From Sedimentisphaerales bacterium (GTDB lineage: Bacteria; Planctomycetota; Phycisphaerae; Sedimentisphaerales; SM23-30): a stretch of DNA of 64,000 bases. This document shows positions 1 through 10,467 of the stretch, one piece after another. Location of the stretch: the NCBI GenBank assembly GCA_963666285.1, contig OY762711.1, one strand, 5' to 3'. The notes under the pieces were generated by a model that worked only from the letters and a program-made list of their open reading frames with translations, searched no databases and was not told the DNA's origin. The position numbers were made by a program, and so were the translations under genes. How positions within the stretch are numbered: position 1 is the stretch's first letter; each line of letters begins with the position of its first letter.

Positions 1-165
1 GATATTGATCGTGATATGACTTTGGCTGATGGCCTGGAACATGAAAGCGTTATTGATAAATCAGTTGTAAGCGAAGAAATGGAAACCTTAGTAACGAACT
101 ATTTTAAGGAACTGACTGAATATGCGAACAGAAAGCATGAAAGTAACACAAGACAGGATAAATGA
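1..165 (+). CDS. 3' end of an upstream gene (partial), hypothetical protein of the MoxR operon
   Basis: Frame +1 is open from base 1 (DIDRDMTLADGLEHES...LVTNYFKELTEYANRKHESNTRQDK) to TGA at 163-165 and overlaps the MoxR start. A V-x-x-YF-x-x-L C-terminus is common in MoxR-operon accessory proteins. Confidence 0.6.
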   Translation, partial: DIDRDMTLADGLEHESVIDKSVVSEEMETLVTNYFKELTEYANRKHESNTRQDK

Positions 166-1123
166 ATTTAAGACAATATTTAGTGAGCTGAAATCTCAGG
201 TTCAGTCTCATTTTATAGGTCAGGAAAAGCTTATTGAAGATGTAATAGGAGCTTTTTTTGTTGGAGGTCATGTTTTACTGGAAGGTGTTCCCGGACTTGG
301 TAAAACCATGCTGGCAAAAACTCTGGCTGAGGCCGCCGGTCTTAGCTATGAGAGGATACAATGTACGCCTGACCTTATGCCAAGCGATATAATTGGATAT
401 AAAACTTTAGTAGAAACAGAAGGTGGTTCTCATCATGTGGCTTTTGAAACAGGGCCTATTATGAGTAACTTTATTCTTGTAGATGAGATTAACAGGGCTA
501 CTCCTAAAACACAGTCAGCTTTGTTAGAAGCCATGCAGGAAGGGCAGGTAACGGTCGGTAGGGAAAAAATGAAATTGCCTGTTCCAAACTTTTTCATTGC
601 TACCCAGAACCCGGTAGAGCATGAGGGAACTTATCCTTTGCCTGAAGCTCAGCTTGACAGGTTTCTGATCAAACTAAATGTACAATATCCGGACAAACCG
701 GATTATCATAAAATAATAGATCTGACTGCGTATGGCAAAGTAGCAAAAGTGAATTCTGTACTCACTTCAGAAACTCTATTAAAAATGCAGCGTGTAGTAG
801 AAGAAGTTGAAGTGCCGTATTCGGTAATTGATTATATTGTTGATATTGTCAGGGCCTCTCAGCCGCAGTGCAGCGGACTTGACATTGTAAAAAGTAATGT
901 AGTGCTGGGCGTCTCTCCACGTGCCGTGCAGGCAATTGTTATGATGGCAAAGGTAAGGTCACTGATCGATGACCGTTGCAGTGTCAGTTGTAACGATGTG
1001 AAGTCAGTAGTACATGCCGCACTGAGGCATAGAATAATTTCCAGTTTTGCTGCTGTTTCAAGTGGTGTTGATATAGATTCTATTATTACCGAACTAGTAG
1101 GCTTTGTAGATGATACTAAATAA
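137..1123 (+). CDS. moxR: MoxR-family AAA+ ATPase
   Basis: Walker A GVPGLGKT, RIQCTPDLMPSDI, Walker B ILVDEINRATPKTQSALLEAMQE, ATQNPVEHEGTYPLPEAQLDRF. Start is ATG 137 (MKVTQD) or ATG 122. Confidence 0.93.
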   Translation: MKVTQDRINEFKTIFSELKSQVQSHFIGQEKLIEDVIGAFFVGGHVLLEGVPGLGKTMLAKTLAEAAGLSYERIQCTPDLMPSDIIGYKTLVETEGGSHHVAFETGPIMSNFILVDEINRATPKTQSALLEAMQEGQVTVGREKMKLPVPNFFIATQNPVEHEGTYPLPEAQLDRFLIKLNVQYPDKPDYHKIIDLTAYGKVAKVNSVLTSETLLKMQRVVEEVEVPYSVIDYIVDIVRASQPQCSGLDIVKSNVVLGVSPRAVQAIVMMAKVRSLIDDRCSVSCNDVKSVVHAALRHRIISSFAAVSSGVDIDSIITELVGFVDDTK

Positions 1124-1949
1124 ACATGAATTACATGTACTTTCTAAGGTAAAGATATCCCTTAGAGGCAAGATTCGCAATAGAACGTTGATGGATTACA
1201 GTTCAACTGATTCCGATGGAACAATTGATTTTAATGAATATAAAAATTATACTCCTGGAGAAAATTTAAGACATATTGACTGGAATAAATATTACACTGA
1301 GTCAGATTTATATGTTCGTAAATTTTATAAACTCGAAAAACCTGACTTTTATGTTGTGCCGGATTTTACCAGTTCCATTGCAGCTTCAAATAAAATTGAC
1401 GATATTAAGCGTTTTACCGCGGCTATTTGTTTTTGCCTGCTGAATAAGGCGATGGTAGTAAAATTAAGACTTCCTGATGGAGTATATAATTTCACCGGTC
1501 GATCACAGGTAAATACACTAATGGATAAAATTGCCAATTTTAATTATAAAGCCATTGAGAATAAAAAGCTGTCAACTATTAATGATGTTTATTCCAATAA
1601 TGTGATTATAATTTCTGACTTTATTTTTTCGGACGGCTTTGAACAATTTGAAAAGACTATGAATGTTGGGCCGAGGTCATGTTCGTTGTTTAATATTTCC
1701 AATATTAACGATCGCAGTCCCGTACTGTCAGGCAATATAAGGCTGGTTGATTCTCAAAACGGCAAGACCGTTATAACCAGGATAAGTCCTGATATTATAA
1801 ACAGGTATAAATCGGTTAGAGAAAAATATTACCAGAAAGTAATAGATCATTGCAATAAAATGAACTGGTGTTATAGAGAAATATTTGCAGAGGACAGTGT
1901 AGATTCTCAGTTTGAAAAGATTATGCCAACAGGTGTATTAGTACTTTAG
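1110..1949 (+). CDS. DUF58 domain protein (MoxR-associated)
   Basis: DFNEYKNYTPGENLRHIDWN..LYVRKF, DFTSS and IIISDF motifs; overlaps the moxR stop. Confidence 0.88.
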   Translation: MILNKHELHVLSKVKISLRGKIRNRTLMDYSSTDSDGTIDFNEYKNYTPGENLRHIDWNKYYTESDLYVRKFYKLEKPDFYVVPDFTSSIAASNKIDDIKRFTAAICFCLLNKAMVVKLRLPDGVYNFTGRSQVNTLMDKIANFNYKAIENKKLSTINDVYSNNVIIISDFIFSDGFEQFEKTMNVGPRSCSLFNISNINDRSPVLSGNIRLVDSQNGKTVITRISPDIINRYKSVREKYYQKVIDHCNKMNWCYREIFAEDSVDSQFEKIMPTGVLVL

Positions 1950-1968
1950 TAAAGGTATTTATAAATAG

Positions 1969-2928
1969 ATGTTTTTTTATGGAATAGACATATTGCCGGC
2001 AATTTCCTTAGCTGTTATTGCTGGAATTATATTATTTGCTTCTCATTTTTTGTTTAGTAGATGGAAGTCTGTTGTTGTACCTACTGTCTTATTCTGGCAC
2101 GAGGTTCAAAGTCAGAATAGGCGTGATATACTATGGGGAAAGTTCAGTTCGTTGTTGACTTTGCTTTTGCTGCTTGTTATTGCGTTTCTAATGGTACTTG
2201 CAATGATGAAGCCCGGATTTGGGCAACAGCAGATATCAACAATCGTTTTGGATGTTTCTCCGGCGACAGATATAAATAAAGCCAAAACTGTTGCAGAAAA
2301 AATTGTTGATAGCAGTGATAAATGCTATTTAATTGTTTCAGGCAAAGATTACAGTGTTAAGGCTAATGAAAAAGATTCAGTCCTGACGACGCTTGCAAAT
2401 ATTAATGAACTTCAAACAGAAGAAAATAACTTTTCCAGTATAAATCAGGCTGTGAATGAGGCTGAAAATATTTCCGAAGGTAGCAATGTCTATGTTATTA
2501 CCGGTCAGAATATTGATGTTAATGATGGTACAGAAATTATCTGTGTTCCAAAGCAGTATGAGCCTTCAGAGACAATCTTTAATGTCTGGGTACCTAAAGA
2601 ATTATCTGGCATAACTGACAGGTATTTTGCAGTTGACACCAGGTACCAGCAGTGCTCTTTAATAGATAATGCTGACATCGTGCTGAATGATGATGATGTT
2701 AAATCTTTGCCGGATTGGCGAAGTATATCTTTTGTTCAGAGCTTTAGAAGTATATTAGATGATAAAGCCGGCATAGCCAATAGGAATGCAATTTATAAAT
2801 CAGAGATTTTAAGTATAAATGATTTTTCTCCCCCGGACAGATCGTCGTTTTTATCTTTTCTATATTTTGGCATTTTTATTTTACTGGCTATGAATTTATA
2901 CATGTATAAAATGGGGAGGATTCAATAA
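1969..2928 (+). CDS. BatA-like N-terminal double-TM protein with degenerate vWA domain
   Basis: N-terminal TM, VVPTVLFW, second TM ending AMMKP, IVLDVSP (MIDAS-like) and a C-terminal TM. TAATG stop/start overlap with the next gene. Confidence 0.75.
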   Translation: MFFYGIDILPAISLAVIAGIILFASHFLFSRWKSVVVPTVLFWHEVQSQNRRDILWGKFSSLLTLLLLLVIAFLMVLAMMKPGFGQQQISTIVLDVSPATDINKAKTVAEKIVDSSDKCYLIVSGKDYSVKANEKDSVLTTLANINELQTEENNFSSINQAVNEAENISEGSNVYVITGQNIDVNDGTEIICVPKQYEPSETIFNVWVPKELSGITDRYFAVDTRYQQCSLIDNADIVLNDDDVKSLPDWRSISFVQSFRSILDDKAGIANRNAIYKSEILSINDFSPPDRSSFLSFLYFGIFILLAMNLYMYKMGRIQ

Positions 2929-5900
2929 TGCTCCATTTTCAGAATGTATATTTATTGATAGCTGCAATTGTTATTGCCGTAATTGTATTTAGATTGACTA
3001 AAAGCTATCTTGCCGGTTTAATGCTTTTATTTATTGTAATAGCAGCCAGCAAGGCATATATTGTAGTTGATGATAACTCTTCGAAACATGTTGTTCTGAT
3101 TGATCGGTCTCCAAGTATGGCCAACGCTAATTTAGATGAATCAGCATTGATACAGAATCCGTTTTCATCTCTGGCCAATGCAGGAGATGTTGAATATGTC
3201 TATTTTGGTGAGTCTTCAATGTCTGATTCCGGGGATAAAAAATGCTCCTCTGACATTGAATCAGCATTGCTAAAAGCAATGACAACAATTAAGAATAACG
3301 GTAGCCTTCATTTGTATTCTGATCTTCTTGAAACAGATGGTGATATTCAAAATGCGGTAGAAGAGATGGCTGCTCGTAATGTAAAATTTGATATTATGCT
3401 GCCGGATTATAACTTAAACAAAGAAACAATACTTACAAATGTTGAAATCCCCTCGCTGATTACAAAAAATCAAGAGGCACTGTTTGATGTAACTATAGAA
3501 ACCTCTACTGAAGGGCAAGCTAGCCTGGAAGTGCTTAATAATGTGAATAATTCTGTTAATTCATACCAGCTGAAACTCAATAGAGGGTACAATAATTATT
3601 CTTTTCCATGTAGTACTGACTCAAATCTTATTGATTGTTCGCTAACATTGAGAGCTGAAATTGACACATGTCTGGAGAATAACACCTTTCATATACAGTC
3701 TATTGTATATGAAAAGCCCGATGTTTTGGTAGTCGGCCAGAGGAGCAGCTTTGATTCAGTTGCTAAAAAGATATCTGACTATGCTAATGTAAGCTATTAT
3801 GCAGGAGAATCCGATCTGACAGGCGTTGATTTGCTCATTCTGGCTGATGCAGACAGAAAATTGCTGAATGATGATTTTCTAAATACCATCAAATTGTCAG
3901 TTGTTGACGGGATGGGGCTGCTTGTGTTACCAGGCAGTCGTATTCTTTCTGATGAAATTCTGGGTTGTGAACAATTTGCCCATTTACTGCCTGCTTCGAT
4001 AAGCCGGAAAAGTAAAAAAGCCAGTGTTGATGCCTGTCTGGTGTTCATTGTTGACACTTCAGGATCGATGCAGGGGACAAGGCTTCTATTGGCTAAAGAA
4101 ATAGTCAGAAAAGCAATTTCCCGGCTTAGCGAATATGATAAAGTGGGGATAGTCGAATTTTATGGCAATAAGAAATGGGCGATTCCCATTCAACACGTTG
4201 CAAATAAGATTAGTATAAATCGTGAGATTAATCGACTTACTTCTGGTGGTGGTACAGTAATATATCCGGCTTTGGAAGAAGCATATTATGGCTTATTAAA
4301 TATTGAAGCTGCATCAAAACATATTATTGTGATAACAGATGGAGGAATCGAATCTGTTGATTATACTTCTTTGTTAAACCAAATCAGTGATAAAAATATA
4401 AACGTTTCTTTTATTCTTACAGGTCCTCCGGCAAATATTGGTTTTTTGGCTGACATGAGCCAGACCGGTGGCGGAAAATTTCTACATGCTCGAGATCGTT
4501 TTTCAATACCGGAAATCTCTGTTAAAAACCTGAGCAATAAAGGTTCAAATCTGTTTAAGACTCCACAGGGTTCTTTGACTTTTGCAGAAATTCCTGAAAT
4601 AACAGAAGCGGTTGACTTTTCCCTAATAAATGGTAATTCAGTTTTATGTATATCTGGTCAAAATAAGTTATCAGCTTACACTGTTTGTCAGGCAGGTAAC
4701 GAATCTTTGCTTTCGTGCTGGAATTATGGGATGGGTAAAGTAGCATTAAGTATGTCAAATATTTTTGAACTTTCGAATTCTGAAAAGCTGTTCCAGAATA
4801 TGTGCAGGTATTTATATCGTCAACCTGAAGGCTTTGAACTAAGAGATGATCCTGAAAATAGGTTTGAAATACAATCCTGCAGACCAAATTACGAACTTGC
4901 CAAAAAAATAGGAACAGTTCCTGCTTCAGAGCATATTTCACAAATTAAAGTATATGAATTAGATAACCTTTTCGTGTTTTTGTCATTATTTGCATTTGTT
5001 GCTCATGTTATAATTCGGCGTTTGCCATCAAGGAATTTGGCAGTCTTTCTGTTATTATTTATTCTTGGTTCGTCAGTTTTTGCCGGTTACCCTGAGAAAA
5101 TGAATGAAGCAATAAGTGAATATCAGGCAAAAAATAACACAGCTTTAGATATGTTTCTTGATGCGTACCAATCAGCAGATAGTGGTAACGATAAAAAGTA
5201 TGCTCTTGCCTGGGCAATTATTTCAGCTCAAAAAAGCGGCAATACTGCGTCGCTTGAAAAGTATTTATTATCAGATCTGAATACTACTACCGTTCAGGCT
5301 TTGTTCAAAATTTATATGTTAAATGGACAGTTTTCTGCTGCAAATCAATTAAGAGCAATGCTTACAAGGGATATGCAATTTACAGATGAATTTATCAATA
5401 CGATTGACAGGAATCTTGTTAATACTGCCATTATCAGTAGAGATTATTCTGCGGCTGAAAGTTATTTTGACGAACGTAGTGACCTGGTTGCTCTTATGAA
5501 GATCAACCTTTTAAAGGGTAACAGAGAAGCTGCTTTGGAACACCTGCAAGGAGTTTCTGATGGTTCGCTATCTTCTTCCAGTATGTATCATCTTATAGAG
5601 TCTCTTTCTCAAATGGGTTTTACTGACCAGGCCGTAAAAAATGCTGTAAAACTCAGAGCCAGGCATGATAGTTATTATTTTGATTCAACGGTATTATTGT
5701 TTAATTTATATTTGAAGGTTGATAAAAAAGATACAGCTGTAGATATGTTGACAAATGCTATAGATAATTATCATTTTGCCAAGGAACAGTTATCTGAAAT
5801 TGCAGCATTATTTGAAAAAATCAGACGATATGATCTGGCAATTAATATTAACCGAAAATTATTCGAAGAGACCAAAGCTGTTGATATTCTTATGAACATT

Positions 5901-8231
5901 GCTGCTCTTGAAAAACTTTCCGGTAATCTAAATGCATCATATGATATCTGGTATAATTTATGGAAGGAGTGTGATGATCCGTTTTTACTATACCAGATCG
6001 TTCCCAATATGCTTGATTTGGCAATAAAATCAGATATTCTGGTTGATCTTGCTATAAATCTTGAGGATTCGGTAAAGAAGAACAGATCAAATGATAAAGA
6101 ACTGGATTTGCTAATAGACATTTATACTCTAGTAGGAGATGCTTTTACTCCGATAGAATTAATTAAGCAGTATTATGGTGATGATAGTATTATCTCCATG
6201 GTAAAACAGTACAATATTTATAGAAATATTCAACTTTATGGGAAATGTCGGAAGATCCTTATTAAGCTGATTGAGAAGGATCCGGATAATACCGAGGACT
6301 ATCTCGAAAAGTTTGCTATTATTTCTCTGCAAAGTGATAATTTTGGCCAGGCAGATTGGGCAGCTGAAAAACTGCTTGCTGGTAGTAATGAGCAGAACCT
6401 TGAGTTTACTGCTGGAATTTTGGCGATGATGAGCCGGTATTCAGAGGCTATGGCTGCTTATGAAGAGCTAATTAAACAGCAGCCGGATAATTATGAATTA
6501 TGGCTTCTTTGGTCTCAGCAAGCCGCAAATATTTCAGAGCTGTCGAGAAAATCGGCGTTGAATAAGTTACTTGAATTAATAGAAGATGATCCTGTTGATG
6601 ATAAATATCTGGTTCTTGCAGATGCTATTATTAACCTTAAAGGTTCTGAAGATATATTGCGTCACATATATAAGCTTACTCAAGATAAGCTGAGTGCTAC
6701 TCCTGATAAACTGTATTATTACAGGTTGTTGCTGGATTTGCAGGATGAGTTTGATGTTAAAGCTGATCCTGTTAATATTCTGCTAAAAGCGGCATCCTAT
6801 GCCAGTGAAAGTAGAATTATGCTTGTTAAAGAAGCGATGGAATCTTCAGGCGACCTATCTGATATGCGGCTTGATCTTGCCCGGATAATGCTTTTTATGG
6901 ATTACCAATCTCCTCCAAGCCAGGATATAGCAAACGGAATGTTGTTTCTTACTCTTGGGCATAAAAGTACAGCCGAATATCTTTTCCGTTCACACTCTTT
7001 GCTTAATGCTGATAACCGTGGTCTATTTTTTGATATTGCGGATTGTTATCAGCGGCAAAGTGACTTTGAATCTGCTCTTAATATTATGCTCGAAGGTTTG
7101 GCATTGAATCCGGTTGACCTTGAGTTTTTAATTGAGACAGCCGGTTATTATGAGATCTTGGGAGATTTTGGTAATGCAAACAAGCTTTATTCCAAAGCAT
7201 ACAATTTATGTAACTTATCAGGGTATTCCGGTAAGCAGGCTGACAATGCGAATTCAAAGAATGTCAGTAATTATGAAAGATTTGCACATGCAGCATTTGA
7301 GGGTTTGATTGTCACTTCTGATATTGATAAATTGCCTGATCAGATACGCGATATCTATTTGGAGAAAATGAGTGTGCCGATTTTGCCTGAAAAACTTAGA
7401 AAAAATAACGAACCTGAAGAAGAAACTGAATCGGAAATAGTATACAAAAGTTTAGAGATGATCGAGATTGAGCTTCAGGAATATGTGGATTTAGGGGTTG
7501 TAAACTCAGAATTTAAACGTAAAATTAATGAAATAACAGATAATTATTCTGAACAGGATATAAATTATCTCTATGATGAGTTTAGTGATTTTGCCGAAAT
7601 TATGGGCGAATCAGAAGCCACAAGATTTTTGCTGGCCTTATTGGCCCAAAAACTTGAGAATAGAGATGAAGTGATAAAATATATTACGCAATGCTTTGTA
7701 AATAATTCTTCAAATAAGAGTATTGACCGTAGTCTCAAGGATATATATAGTAGCTATGGCTTATACCGTGAACTTGCGGAAGTCTTGGTTGCACAAGCAG
7801 TTAAGAAATCGCAAACACCGTTTTACTGGCGAGATATAACAAAATATTACTTTTTTGCAGGAGATCTTGAAAAAGCAAAATGGGCAAATTCTTTCGCTTC
7901 AGGTAAAAGTCATTATGTGATTTACCTTGTTGATTGTATATTTCTATATGAAAACGAGGGTAATATTGATAAGTTAATACAGTATTTTAGAAAGTATCAG
8001 ATAGACTGTCGTAAAATAAACAAATACTCGGCTTTCAGATGGAATTACTGGTATAAATATGATCAGGTACCACCAGCTCCTGATGATAGAGATACTATTT
8101 ACCAGGTTCTTTCCAGGCATCCTGAATTACTGGATGAGTTCGAGAGGTATAATAAGGTAGTTTATCCCGATAGAAAAGATTATCATAAATATAAAGAAGC
8201 ATTAATAAATTGTACAAAAATAAGTAAATAG
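2928..8231 (+). CDS. Large membrane protein with two vWA domains and a long TPR-like helical region
   Basis: LIDRSPSM and intact MIDAS IVDTSGSM...GGGT...IIVITDG; WNYGMGKV; TM segments near aa 680-720; about 1000 aa of helical repeats follow. Confidence 0.8.
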   Translation: MLHFQNVYLLIAAIVIAVIVFRLTKSYLAGLMLLFIVIAASKAYIVVDDNSSKHVVLIDRSPSMANANLDESALIQNPFSSLANAGDVEYVYFGESSMSDSGDKKCSSDIESALLKAMTTIKNNGSLHLYSDLLETDGDIQNAVEEMAARNVKFDIMLPDYNLNKETILTNVEIPSLITKNQEALFDVTIETSTEGQASLEVLNNVNNSVNSYQLKLNRGYNNYSFPCSTDSNLIDCSLTLRAEIDTCLENNTFHIQSIVYEKPDVLVVGQRSSFDSVAKKISDYANVSYYAGESDLTGVDLLILADADRKLLNDDFLNTIKLSVVDGMGLLVLPGSRILSDEILGCEQFAHLLPASISRKSKKASVDACLVFIVDTSGSMQGTRLLLAKEIVRKAISRLSEYDKVGIVEFYGNKKWAIPIQHVANKISINREINRLTSGGGTVIYPALEEAYYGLLNIEAASKHIIVITDGGIESVDYTSLLNQISDKNINVSFILTGPPANIGFLADMSQTGGGKFLHARDRFSIPEISVKNLSNKGSNLFKTPQGSLTFAEIPEITEAVDFSLINGNSVLCISGQNKLSAYTVCQAGNESLLSCWNYGMGKVALSMSNIFELSNSEKLFQNMCRYLYRQPEGFELRDDPENRFEIQSCRPNYELAKKIGTVPASEHISQIKVYELDNLFVFLSLFAFVAHVIIRRLPSRNLAVFLLLFILGSSVFAGYPEKMNEAISEYQAKNNTALDMFLDAYQSADSGNDKKYALAWAIISAQKSGNTASLEKYLLSDLNTTTVQALFKIYMLNGQFSAANQLRAMLTRDMQFTDEFINTIDRNLVNTAIISRDYSAAESYFDERSDLVALMKINLLKGNREAALEHLQGVSDGSLSSSSMYHLIESLSQMGFTDQAVKNAVKLRARHDSYYFDSTVLLFNLYLKVDKKDTAVDMLTNAIDNYHFAKEQLSEIAALFEKIRRYDLAININRKLFEETKAVDILMNIAALEKLSGNLNASYDIWYNLWKECDDPFLLYQIVPNMLDLAIKSDILVDLAINLEDSVKKNRSNDKELDLLIDIYTLVGDAFTPIELIKQYYGDDSIISMVKQYNIYRNIQLYGKCRKILIKLIEKDPDNTEDYLEKFAIISLQSDNFGQADWAAEKLLAGSNEQNLEFTAGILAMMSRYSEAMAAYEELIKQQPDNYELWLLWSQQAANISELSRKSALNKLLELIEDDPVDDKYLVLADAIINLKGSEDILRHIYKLTQDKLSATPDKLYYYRLLLDLQDEFDVKADPVNILLKAASYASESRIMLVKEAMESSGDLSDMRLDLARIMLFMDYQSPPSQDIANGMLFLTLGHKSTAEYLFRSHSLLNADNRGLFFDIADCYQRQSDFESALNIMLEGLALNPVDLEFLIETAGYYEILGDFGNANKLYSKAYNLCNLSGYSGKQADNANSKNVSNYERFAHAAFEGLIVTSDIDKLPDQIRDIYLEKMSVPILPEKLRKNNEPEEETESEIVYKSLEMIEIELQEYVDLGVVNSEFKRKINEITDNYSEQDINYLYDEFSDFAEIMGESEATRFLLALLAQKLENRDEVIKYITQCFVNNSSNKSIDRSLKDIYSSYGLYRELAEVLVAQAVKKSQTPFYWRDITKYYFFAGDLEKAKWANSFASGKSHYVIYLVDCIFLYENEGNIDKLIQYFRKYQIDCRKINKYSAFRWNYWYKYDQVPPAPDDRDTIYQVLSRHPELLDEFERYNKVVYPDRKDYHKYKEALINCTKISK

Positions 8232-8244
8232 AAAGGGTAAAATC

Positions 8245-9144
8245 ATGAAAACTAGTATATTTTGCATGTTGGCAGTAATTTTGACAGGATATTCGCTGAT
8301 GGCAGCTGATATCCTGGACAGCAGCATCCAGACAGACCAGGCAATATTGTCTCTGGAGGCTAAAGTAAAAGATGTGGTTTTGGCAGATAGTGATTTTGAT
8401 TCAGCATTGAAATTGTATGCTAATGCTGCCAGAGAGAACGCTGATAATTCCTATTATAAAGATCAGTATTCAATTCTGCGTCGTGTTATTAAAATGAAAA
8501 CTGCTTTGGATAAGGCAGCTGGTACTACTGATAATCTTAACGATACCGTAATCAAAAGATTATCAACTTATTATCAGGCAGTTCGAGCTTACTATTATTC
8601 AAAGGGTTTTTATTCAGAATCCCTGAAGCTTGATGACATGGCAATGAAATTGATCCCCGGAGAGCAGCAGGCACTGAATTATGCCGAAAGTGTTGTTGTT
8701 GTCAATCCAGATAATGCTCTAGAAACAGTTTCTGGTATTAGTGCTGATTCTGAAAACGGTGCAGGGCAGATCGAATTGTACAATTTACTTTTGCAATCAA
8801 GAAAAGCCAAGTCTGATAATTTGCAGGCTGCGGTTGATAAGATCAAAGTGAATCCAGAGGCAGATCCTGAAAGTCTTGTGTATCTCGCATGCATCTATAA
8901 GAATGCAGGTGACCAGGCAAAAGCATATGAATATGTCCAGATGGCATTAGAACATACAGTTCCATCTGAGATTAATGGTACCAGAATCCTTGCTTCCAGT
9001 ATGGAAGAATTTAAGGGTGAAGCAAATGGTAAAGAGTTTGTTGAGGTACTTAAAACTGAAAGTAAAGTAGCTCAGTCCGGCTGTACCGGAGGCAGCAGCT
9101 GTAACAGTTGTTCCTTGAAAGGGAAATGCAGCAGTACAAAATAG
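8245..9144 (+). CDS. Exported helical (TPR-like) protein with C-terminal 4-Cys motif
   Basis: Signal peptide MKTSIFCMLAVILTGYSLMA; TPR-like PESLVYLACIYKNAGDQAKAYEYVQMALE; ends CTGGSSCNSCSLKGKCSSTK. Confidence 0.7.
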   Translation: MKTSIFCMLAVILTGYSLMAADILDSSIQTDQAILSLEAKVKDVVLADSDFDSALKLYANAARENADNSYYKDQYSILRRVIKMKTALDKAAGTTDNLNDTVIKRLSTYYQAVRAYYYSKGFYSESLKLDDMAMKLIPGEQQALNYAESVVVVNPDNALETVSGISADSENGAGQIELYNLLLQSRKAKSDNLQAAVDKIKVNPEADPESLVYLACIYKNAGDQAKAYEYVQMALEHTVPSEINGTRILASSMEEFKGEANGKEFVEVLKTESKVAQSGCTGGSSCNSCSLKGKCSSTK

Positions 9145-9195
9145 TAATAATAATTTCGGTTCTAGCATAAAACCATAGTTCCAGAGGTTTTTTTA

Positions 9196-10386
9196 ATGAA
9201 AAAATTTAGATACGGTGTTCATGCGATAGTATTTATTGCCGGATTGATATTGCTGTTTGGCTTAAGTTTTAATGTTGAAGCTTTCTGTCCGTTTGGTGCA
9301 GTTGAGTCGATGTTTACTTTTTTCCATGACGGGCAATTGCTATGCTCTTTAGGCATAGGTAACTACTATATGCTTATCGCGGTAGTAATTGTTACTATTC
9401 TATTCAGAAGAGTGTTTTGCGGATATATATGCCCGATTGGCATTATTTCAGCTTTTCTGAGAAAGGTCTCGGCATTTTTAAAGATTAAACAGCTGGCAGT
9501 ACCAACAAAGCTGGATAAGGCATTGTCGTTTGTTCGCTATTTAGTTCTTATATTAGTACTTTTTTTTACCGCCCAGCTGGCAACTCTGGTCTATAGAAAT
9601 GTTAGCCCTTGTATTATCATAGCCTCCAGCGAAGAAGAGATTGAAAAAAGTACTTATATAGCCGGGGCAATAACCGTGATAGCTTCATTGCTGATATATA
9701 TGCCGTTTTGTCGCTGGTTTTGTCCTTTTGCGATAGTGCAAAACATCTTTTCAAAATTTGGATTGGCAAAGATCCATCGAGATGAATCTACTTGTGTTAA
9801 TTGCGGGAAATGTGCGGCGGCATGTCCGATGAAGCTGGAAGTGGATAAGGTTAAAACTGTTAATTCAGCAGATTGTATTTCCTGTTTTGAATGTATCGAG
9901 GCATGTCCGATTGTCTGTGATAGCCAGGGAAAGAAACCAGCAAAGGTTCTTTCATGGCGTATGCCGGTAGTAGGGGTGATTTCCAGTCCGCCTAAGGTGT
10001 TAACGGCCTTTTTTGTGGTTTCAGCCCTGGCTGTGGCATTTGCAGTGAATAAAATGCCGTTTTCAACATATCGATATTCAAGAGAATTACCCGTGCCGAG
10101 CGAGATAAAACTGGTTGAATTTGAAACCAAAGGGGTGTCATGTGCCGGCAGTGCCCAACTATTTATCTACTTTTTGAATCGCGAAGATATTTCAGAAATA
10201 GAGGGTTATCTTGAAGTTGTTACCAGCCCTAAAGACGGTTGGACAAGTGTGAAATTATGGTATGATCCGGAATTGACCGACGAAGATTCAATTTTTGAAG
10301 CTATAACAGAGCCGTACTATGATGAAAAAGAGAGTCGCTGGCGAGCGAGTCCTTTTGAAATAAAAGGTTTTGATATTTTGGAATAA
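9196..10386 (+). CDS. Membrane 4Fe-4S binding protein (NapH/MauN/YccM-like) with C-terminal HMA-like domain
   Basis: FCPFG, FCGYICPIG and FCRWFCPFA motifs; two ferredoxin motifs CVNCGKCAAACP and CISCFECIEACP; several TMs; C-terminal VEFETKGVSCAGSA...VKLWYDPELTD. Confidence 0.85.
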   Translation: MKKFRYGVHAIVFIAGLILLFGLSFNVEAFCPFGAVESMFTFFHDGQLLCSLGIGNYYMLIAVVIVTILFRRVFCGYICPIGIISAFLRKVSAFLKIKQLAVPTKLDKALSFVRYLVLILVLFFTAQLATLVYRNVSPCIIIASSEEEIEKSTYIAGAITVIASLLIYMPFCRWFCPFAIVQNIFSKFGLAKIHRDESTCVNCGKCAAACPMKLEVDKVKTVNSADCISCFECIEACPIVCDSQGKKPAKVLSWRMPVVGVISSPPKVLTAFFVVSALAVAFAVNKMPFSTYRYSRELPVPSEIKLVEFETKGVSCAGSAQLFIYFLNREDISEIEGYLEVVTSPKDGWTSVKLWYDPELTDEDSIFEAITEPYYDEKESRWRASPFEIKGFDILE

Positions 10387-10430
10387 CTGTGTAATTTTCA
10401 GTTTAAGGAATTGCAATTATAATGAAATAT

Positions 10431-10467
10431 AAGTCCTTGTGAGCGTTAAGCTGGCGAGGACTTTTTT
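10431..10467 (+). terminator. Rho-independent terminator of the MoxR operon
   Basis: AAGTCCT...AGGACTT imperfect stem followed by a T-run, ~45 nt after the stop codon. Confidence 0.65.
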
